From NCBI RefSeq assembly GCF_006345805.1, contig NW_021835174.1, positions 1 to 41,881 of the forward strand: a stretch of DNA of 41,881 bases. Reading direction: 5' to 3'. Made by a program: the position numbers and the translations under genes. This DNA is from Octopus sinensis. Lineage: Eukaryota. This document shows positions 33,780 through 41,881 of the stretch, in pieces; within the stretch, counting starts at the first letter, position 1; every line of letters starts with the position of its first letter. The notes under the pieces were generated by a model. It was not told the DNA's origin. It searched no databases and was given only the letters and a program-made list of their open reading frames with translations.

Positions 33780-35545
33780 GTAGTTTTTATTTTTATAGCG
33801 TGCTTTCACTTCACTACCGAGCGCAGCTCTGTGTGCCTTGGGTATGTGCTGTGATTTGTTGTGATGCTCTGATGGTTATTGTATGGAAAGTGTTCTGCGT
33901 AGGATGTGTGCAGTGCCTAGTAGTGCAATTTTCTGTATGTTATATGTGTTTGTAAGTCCTGGTGTTTTTGTTATGTATTTGTCTGAATATCTTTTTATCA
34001 TGCCTAATGCACCTACTATGATAGGAATTGTTTCTGTTTTCAGATTCCCATTCTAGTTACCTCTATTCCAGGTCTTTGTATTTTGAGAGTTTCTCTATTT
34101 CTTTTAGAGACACGTTGTCATCATGCCGGTATTGATACATCAATTAGAAAGCATTTTTTTCTTCATGATCTCTGACAACTATATCTGGTCTGTTGGCCTT
34201 AATTTCTCTATCTGTGTGTATCGGCATATCCCAGAGTATGGTTGCTTTCTCGTTTTCTATGACCTTTTCTGGTGTGTGCCTATACCATCTTTTTTCTGTT
34301 GTTATTCCATAATGTTGGCATAGCTTCCAATGTATGTAGGTTCCAACTCTGTCATGTCTGTGAATATATTCCTTCTTAGCCAGGACTGAGCAGCTAGAGA
34401 TAATATGATTTTTGTTTCTTGTCCATCTCCACATATTCTGCAGTTACTTGTAATATTTCTTTTCATTACATGTTTTTGGTAATTTCTGGTGGGGAGGCTT
34501 TGGTCTTGTGCTGCAATTAAAAATCCTCTGTTTCTGCTTTGAGTCCTGAGCTTCTCAACCATTGCTGGGATTTTTCTTTGTCTATTTCTTTTGCATTTAG
34601 TTTAGTCCTGTATTTACCATGAAGGGGCTTTCTTGCCATCGTTTTATCATGTTCGTTGCTGTTCTATTTTTAGTTGGATTTAATGTTTTATAGCTTTTGT
34701 TGTTTCTTCTTCTTCTTCTTATATTCTCTTCTTCTTCTCTTCTTCCTTTCTTCTTCTTCTTCTTCTTCTTCTTCTTCTTCTTCTTCTTTTTCTTCTTCTT
34801 CTTCTTCTTCTTCTTCTTCTTCTTCTTTTTCTTCTTCTTCTTCATGTTTATTAGGTGGTATGATTTCTTGTTTGTATTTGTCAGCTTCTTAAATACTGAG
34901 AACAGTTTTGTTTTGCTCGTGTTTTGCGCTATTGGATCAGTTTCCTTCCTTCTGAAGAGTAGATTTTGCAGTCCTATGGTGGTTATTATAGTAGTTTTCC
35001 AGCTGTATAAGGCCTCTACCACCTTCTATACGGTGTACATATAGTCTTTCTATGTCAGATTTTGGGTGATGCATCCTAGATCCTGTCATTATTTTTCTTG
35101 TTTTCCTATCTATTTTGGCAGTTCATTTCGTGTCCAGTTAAGGATATTGTAGCTGTAACTTATAACTGGGACAGCTAAAGTGTGATACCTATTATCTTGT
35201 TTTTAGCATTGAGCGCTGTTTTTAGTATTGATCTAACTCGTCTATAATATTCTTTTTTTATTTTCTCTTTCATTTGTGTGTGTTGTGTCTTATCTAGTTC
35301 ATGGATTCCTAAGTTTTGTAAGTTTGGCTTTGGTCTAATTCTTTATTTCATTGGTTTATCTAGTGTGATGTTGTACTCTTAACTAGTTTTTCCTCTTTTC
35401 ATGGTTACTTTGGCGCATTTTTCTAATCCAAATTAATATCTATTTCTTTGGTAAATCCATGAACTGTCTTTAATAGTGTTTCCAGCTGTTTGTATTTGCA
35501 GCGTTATAGTTTTAGGTCATCCATATATAAAAGGTGGCTGATCGT
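33780..35545 (-). mobile_element. R4/Dong-clade element, second subfamily, 5'-truncated near MDD, interrupted by (TTC)n
   Basis: AAQDQSLPTRNY, CRICG, RHDRVGTYIHW, ILWDMPIHTDREIKANRPDIVV. (TTA)n on both sides. Confidence 0.88.
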
Positions 35546-35577
35546 TTTGCCGTAACATTTATTATTAATGCCGTAAC

Positions 35578-35679
<102 letters not shown>

Positions 35680-36150
35680 TCTATGTTTGACTTTTGCTTT
35701 ATATTTGTACAAGCTGGCTCCAAGTCTCACCCAGAGACCTCAAGAGACAACAGGTTGGAAATTCATGTTGTTGTTATGCCTAGTGTGCCATATACACGTA
35801 TTTTTTTGTGTGTTGTACTAGTGAATGCCCCCCCACAAAAAAACGAAAATTATGTTTGTTTTAAACCCTGAGATTACATAGAAAGTATTTTGCATAGGAT
35901 ATGAGCAGTTCCCATGAGCACTATCTTTTGAATTTCTGCCATTTTGGTGTTTCCCGATATCTGAGTAAGGTCGCAATCAGCCCCTTTCGCTATCATTTCC
36001 AGGGTACCTATGACACAGGTATTGTTTTAGTCTTCAGGTTCCACATTTTGCTGATTTCTATTTCAAGATTTTTATATTTGCTCAGTTTTTTTGGTAGGTC
36101 TTGACAGATACGTTTATATCGATGGCACAGTCATATCAATGAGGAGGCAT
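35680..36150 (-). mobile_element. R4/Dong-clade 3' fragment, third subfamily
   Basis: TCLLIDMTVP...KLSKYKNLEIEISKMWNLKTKTIPV...IQKIVLMGTAHIL..ILSM*. Confidence 0.85.
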
Positions 36151-36276
36151 GTTCTTCTTCTTCTTCTTCTTCTTCTTCTTATTCTTCTTTCTCTTTCTTC
36201 TTCTTCTTCTTCTTCTCTTCTTCGTTCTTCTTCTTCTTCTTCTTCTTCTTCTTTCTTCTCTTCTTTCTTATATTGT

Positions 36277-36316
<40 letters not shown>

Positions 36317-36329
36317 TATTATTATTACT

Positions 36330-39300
36330 TTTTTTTTCTTCTTTCAATTTGCTTCCATTTCTTGCCGAGTGTCTTTATTAAAATACATGAGCAGCAACAG
36401 TTCTCACATCGACAATGCTCTTCTCAATACGTGTGATGTACCAGTTAAGACAATCTTTTGCACTTCTTGCAGGGATGGTAAGCCAGGGATCATTCTCATA
36501 TAATTTTCGGTTCCCTTCTTGATCATTCCTAGTGCTCCTACGATCACTGGTGTTGTAACCGCCTTGAGATGCCACATTTTCTCAATTTCAATGAGTAGGT
36601 CTTTATATTTTCTGAGCTTGTCAAACTCTTTCGCTGAGATGTTATGATCACAGGGGATGCTCATGTCGATCAATAAGCAAACTTTATTGTTTTGGTATTT
36701 CACAACAATATCTGGTTTATTGGCCTTGATGGTTCGGTCTGTATGTACTGGAAAGTCCCACAGAATGGTTACATTTTCTCCTTCAGTTACAGCCTCAGGG
36801 TGGGGATTATACCACTTGTCGGCAGTTTTGATATTGTAATGCCGACTTATTAGCCAGTGGAGATATTGGCCAACTCTGTCATGTCTTAATTTATACTCCA
36901 CTGGTGCTAAGACTTTACATCCAGAGATTAGGTGGTCCACTGTTTCAATCATGTCGTTGCAGAATCGGCATTTTGGGTCTGCTCCATTTTTCATCACATT
37001 GGCCTGGTAGTTCCGGGTTAATAGGCTTTGGTCTTGAGCAGCCAGGATGAAACCTTCGCTCTCTGCTTTTAGCCCTGAGCTCCGCAGCCACTGATGGGTT
37101 TGCTTCTGGTCAACATCAGCTTGTTTGCTGCGGGTCACATATTTGCCGTGCAGAGGTTTCTCCTCCCACCTATCAGCCAATTGCTCGTGCGCTTTTTTCA
37201 TTGCCATCATTTTCACCTTCTTTGCAACAATAGTTGCCGTACTTCCCTCGAGTTGTTCAGTTTGGGTATCCTGCACGAGATCAATAGCAATTTTTTGCTT
37301 TCCTTGATGATAGAATGAAGCTTCTTTCGTCTCTCGTGATTTTCCACGAGCTTTAGCATCCAGTCATTCGATATTTCGAGATATTGGCCAGTCAATTGTG
37401 GTTGTTTTGTAAGCTAGTTCAAATTGGATCAGGCCTCGACCTCCTTGGGCTCTGGGAAGGTAAAGGCGATCTACGTCTGCCTTTGGGTGGTGCATCCTAT
37501 TACAACTCAGCAGCTTGCGTATTTTTCTATCTATATTCTTTACTTCACTCATATTCCAGTTCAACACATTGTAGCTATAAGTAACAACTGGAACTGCTAA
37601 GGGACTTATAGCTAACACCTTGTTACGTGCATTTAGTTCAGATTTCAGGACTGCACGAACTACTCTATAAAACATTCCTTCCTGATTTTCTCTTTCATGC
37701 TTGCATGCTGAATACCAGAGCCTTCATTTATCCTAAATATTTGTATGTTTGTTCTTGCTCAGCTCTCTTATGACTGTGTCAACATCTAACACGACTGAAT
37801 TTGTGGTCTTCATTTCCTTTCTGGAAAGTGGCCTCGGCACACTTCTCAAGTCCAAACTCCATCCCGATGTCATCGCTGAATGCTTTCACGGTGCGCAATA
37901 GGCCTCAAGTTCATTATTGTCTTTACCATAAAGTTTAAGTCGTCCATATAAATAGATGGCTTATTTTTTATGGCAATTTTATAACCCTACCCTGTCTGTT
38001 AATTCACTTGTAAGGGGTATTAGGGCTATGCAGAATATTAAAGGTGAAAGTGAGTCACCTTGAAAAATTCCACCAGTGATGTTTATATTTTCTGAGGCAA
38101 GTACTCCATTAGAGTGTTATAATTGGAGGATTCGTATTCCACAACGACATATTGTGCTCAGGAAGTTTGAAATCACAGGGGAAATTTTAAGATGTCCAGC
38201 GATCTCAAGATCCGTGGATGCGGATACTGTCGAAGGCCTTTTTATAGTCAATCCATGCGGTGCTGAGATTTCTGCGCTTGTTTGTGACAGTTCTCAAGGA
38301 TCATACGATTGATTAGCAGTTGATCTTGCATCCGTAAGAGCCTCGGCGGCACCCTTTTGTTCAATGGGGAAAATATCGTTCTTCTCCATGAATGCATATG
38401 TTTCTCGCCAGGATAGATGTTAGGATTTTATACGTGGTGGATAGACAGGTTATAGGCCGATAGTTTTTGGAAGGTTGGTTTCGTTATTCTTTGGGAGTAG
38501 GTAAGTAATGTCACTTGCTAACCATTCAGGTGTTTTCTTTGGGTCTCTCAAAATTCCATTGAGCAGCTGAACTAGCTTACCGTGTGCGCACGGGAGCGAT
38601 GCGAGCCAGAAATTCGGCCCCCATCTTTACCGGGGGATTTCCAATTATGGGCCTTCGTGAGTGCCTTTCTTAGGTCTGCTATTGTGATGTCTTCCCATGC
38701 TTGTTGTTGTAAATTTTGGTAGGATCCTTCAGTTTGTATAATCCAGTCTGCATTTATGTTGTACGTCTTCTTGTCACTCCAAATCCTTTCCCAAAGTTTT
38801 GAACTTCTTCCATGGAGGGGGGGTCTTTAACGGTTAATTTCTCCTTCCCTATTTCTCTGTAGAATTTTTTGGCATTGGATGTGAACAGCTTATTTTGCTG
38901 TGTAAAACTTGTTTCTCTTCTCAAATCTTCGTATTCTTTGGGCTTTTGCTTGGACTTTTTGTTTCAGCGTTTCTTTATTGATATCAGTTCTTCTCTTGGT
39001 GAGGATCCAAATTTTCTCTTCATCTTTCTTCCTGTTCTGGATTTACATCATTTCCACATATTAGTTCATTTAATATTGATATTTCCCCTCTCATAAATTC
39101 AATCTCTTTTTCAATTTTACTTCTCCAGGTTTGATTTCTTCCCAGGTTTTGGTTCTTTGTTTTTTCGGGGCATACAGCTGGTTTCAATTGCCTAGCAGAA
39201 GCGTAAATAATTCATTTAACTCAGTAAAATCAGGTTTTAATTCTCGTATTATTTCATTTGTTACATAGTTGCCAATTTGGATTTGTTTTTTATTTTGGTT

Positions 39301-40435
39301 TGTATTTGAGAGTTTATGAAGCGGTTCTCTATCATTCATACTTGTATGTCTTACAACTTCAAGCGTATTCAGGATTTCTGCCTCATTTCTGCCATAGACT
39401 CTCTGTGTTCTTCAGCAAATGCGAGATCTTCAGTTACTGTTGTTTTGTCGTTTTCCTGCTATCTTTAACGGTACAATAGAATTTCTTGTATCTTCAGGCC
39501 TTTGCGTACTTTGGTCAGATGGCAGTCTTTCAATTAAGCCTCGTGGCGGCCTATACTGTTCATCTGATTCTTCATTCCTTTGTGTCTTATATTTATGTCT
39601 TTTCCGTTGCGTGCTTGATCGCACTTATTTCACTGTCTGTGAGTCTGTTATTTCTAAAGATATCCCTCCTCACATTTGCTAATTGTTCTCGTCCAAATAG
39701 GGCCTACTGTCTTGATTCCGTGTTCTCCATATACTGTAAGAGCGTTGCGGTGGTCTCTCTTGAGATGCCTACCTAATGCATAGTAATAAGCGTAATTACT
39801 TCTTTATACTCTTCTCGGGGTCCATTTGTTCCGCTTACATTTTTCTTCTGTGGTGGTGTGTGGTGGTGAACTTGGAGGGCTCGAGTTGGGGGATTTCCCG
39901 TTCAAGTGACCATCCATGTGTCCGTATTCGGAGAAGAGTTTGTGCCAGTTGATGACTTTTCGATCCCAGGCTGGCTCTTCCTGGGGGACGCGCTTCCAGA
40001 TTAACCATTAGGACAAGCGATTTGGTATACTGATTTAGTTTTCCTTTTAGTTTCCAAAAACATTTTGTGCTACGATAATGTTATCATTTTTTAGCTTTGA
40101 TTGGCTCGTGGGGGACGGCCATCATTGCCGTTACAATTATAATCGTACCCTTATAGCAGCCGTAGTCGCTTATTATTTTTGTTATTATCTTCACCATTAC
40201 ATCACTATCATCATTATCACCACCATTACCATCATCATTATCATCATCACCATCACCATCACCACCATCATCATCAATGATATGTTTTATGTGTAGTCAC
40301 AGCAGTATCTTATTATTGTTATTTTTGTTTTTTTATCATTATCACCATCACAGTAGTGTCTGTCTGTCTCGTTGGCTGGCTTGGTGGGGCTGGCTGACTG
40401 TCTTCAATGCCAGAGTTCTTGCCTGTCAAATAATC
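36330..40435 (-). mobile_element. Near full-length R4/Dong-clade element, frameshifted; same family as 31306-33290
   Basis: Putative ATG near 40008 and N-terminal RNKWT..EEYKEVI and ANVRRDIFRNNRLTDSEI. It has RT, a CCHC zinc finger and REL (ORF 36404-37276), and is bounded by (TTA)n at about 36280-36330 and 40436-40530. Confidence 0.9.
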
Positions 40436-40475
40436 TTATTATTATTATTATTATTATTATATATTATTATTATTA

Positions 40476-40526
<51 letters not shown>

Positions 40527-40532
40527 ATTATT

Positions 40533-41086
40533 GAGTGAGAGAGCAGTTCATGCCATCAAAGTGACACTGGGGTAAAATATACGAAGCCCAATATCCCATC
40601 ATGACTACCGTCTGATAAAGGTACACCAGGCACATGCATCACAACCATATGTGCGCGACATGGTGATCTCATATCAAGATAAACAGCACATGACCTTGCA
40701 GATGGGGCCCAGTTAGAATTTCTTCAGGTTGAGTAGCCCATCCCGCTCAAACGGTCCCTGAATAAGGTTTTTGTTTAAGGATGATGAAAGAACCACCCAT
40801 GTTTCCAGAGGTGAACTATTCAAACCCCAAAGAATCCCTCTCAACATATGGCTATGATGCTCCCCCACTACTTCTGCTCGTGATCAGAGATGCACATATC
40901 GTCAGCCACTAAGGGAGATGCTCAAATGGTTACGGTCAAACAACTGACAAGCAAATCTGTGGTATTGAGCAGAAATATTTGCTGTAGCCCATCTTTATAC
41001 CAAGACAAAACAATGTACATGATAACACTTCCAATCAGTTAAGATCAGAAGCCATGAGCCACTGCCTGGTACTGCATCAGGGCATT
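40533..41086. repeat. About 550-bp non-coding interspersed element bounded by (TTA)n
   Basis: Complex sequence with sharp edges between two TTA tracts; no ORF. Confidence 0.55.
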
Positions 41087-41175
41087 TATATTATTATTAT
41101 TATTATTATTATATTATTATTATTATATATTATTATTATTATTATATTATTATTATTTATTATTATTATTATTTT

Positions 41176-41648
41176 ATTGCCTTTGCACAAATTCTAACAC
41201 TGGAGATGTAACACAGTTTCAGCTGTTCACACCAGTGACCTAAAGTAACATCCCTTATTTTTCGAGCACCATCCGGAGCATTCGAGCGATTCAAGCAGTG
41301 CTGGTTTCTGCAAGTGCTCCACCCTTATTCAGCCCCCACGTATTTTTTGAGATTTTTGCTCACTGTTCCCAGGGCTCCGACAATATTGGTCTATAGTATT
41401 ATTATTATTTATATTTATTATTATTATTTCATTGCCTTTGCACAAATTCTAACACTGGAGATGTACCACAGTTTCAGCTGTTCACTACCAGTGACCTAAG
41501 GTAACATCCTTATTTTTCGAGCACCTTCGGAGCATTCGAGCGATTCCAAGCGGTGCTGTTTTCTGCAAGTGCTCCACCCTTATCGCAGCCCCACGTTTTT
41601 TCGAGATTTTTGCTCACTGTTCCAGGGCTCCGACAATTATTGGTACTA

Positions 41649-41679
<31 letters not shown>

Positions 41680-41881
41680 ATTATTTCATTGCCTTTGCAC
41701 AATTCTAACACTGGAGATGTACCACAGTTTCAGCTGTTCACTACCAGTGACCTAAGGTAACATCCCTTATTTTTCGAGCACCTTCCGGAGCATTCGAGCG
41801 ATTCCAAGCGGTGCTGTTTTCTGCAAGTGCTCCACCCTTATCGCAGCCCCACGTATTTTCGAGATTTTTGCTCACTGTTCC
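41176..41881 (-). repeat. Tandem array (period about 255 bp, at least 3 copies) of Dong-like 3' ends plus (TAA)n
   Basis: Units start at 41176, 41431 and 41688. Each encodes PIIVGALGTVSKNLEKY...EHLQKTAPLGIARMLRKVLEK* plus a UTR. The array runs off the window. Confidence 0.9.

Noticed and set aside
34597-35044. Poly-K, poly-F and poly-S ORFs (also 35534-35821, 36091-36503, 40078-40575)
   Set aside because: They come from (TTC)n, (TTA)n and (CAT)n tracts.
40085-40170. HDV-like ribozyme in the 5' UTR of the long Dong copy (minus strand ...gccgtcccccacgagcc...gctaa)
   Set aside because: P1 and P3 partners could not be placed in the required order.

Overview
AT-rich eukaryotic genomic DNA, most likely from a coleoid cephalopod (octopus). 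That assignment is inferred from recalled SINE and microsatellite types, not from a search. I found no host gene exon, rRNA, tRNA gene or CRISPR array. The window is a transposable-element graveyard: four decayed mariner elements plus a 62-bp MITE, three Penelope-like (GIY-YIG) relics, RTE, CR1/L2-group and HERO-like LINE fragments, a roughly 10-kb cluster of R4/Dong-like elements sitting in (TAA)n, tRNA-type SINEs, Helitron/Helentron-like non-autonomous repeats and many microsatellites. The standout signal is RNA-structural. About eleven type I hammerhead ribozyme motifs with palindromic stem III can be read directly from the sequence. Four lie in a near-perfect tandem array of a ~475-bp non-coding unit (6451-8300) that looks like a retrozyme, i.e. 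a precursor of self-cleaved, possibly circular RNA monomers. A diverged single copy (10838-11215) keeps the ribozyme and the downstream helices through compensatory base changes. All structure and protein-family calls were made by eye.
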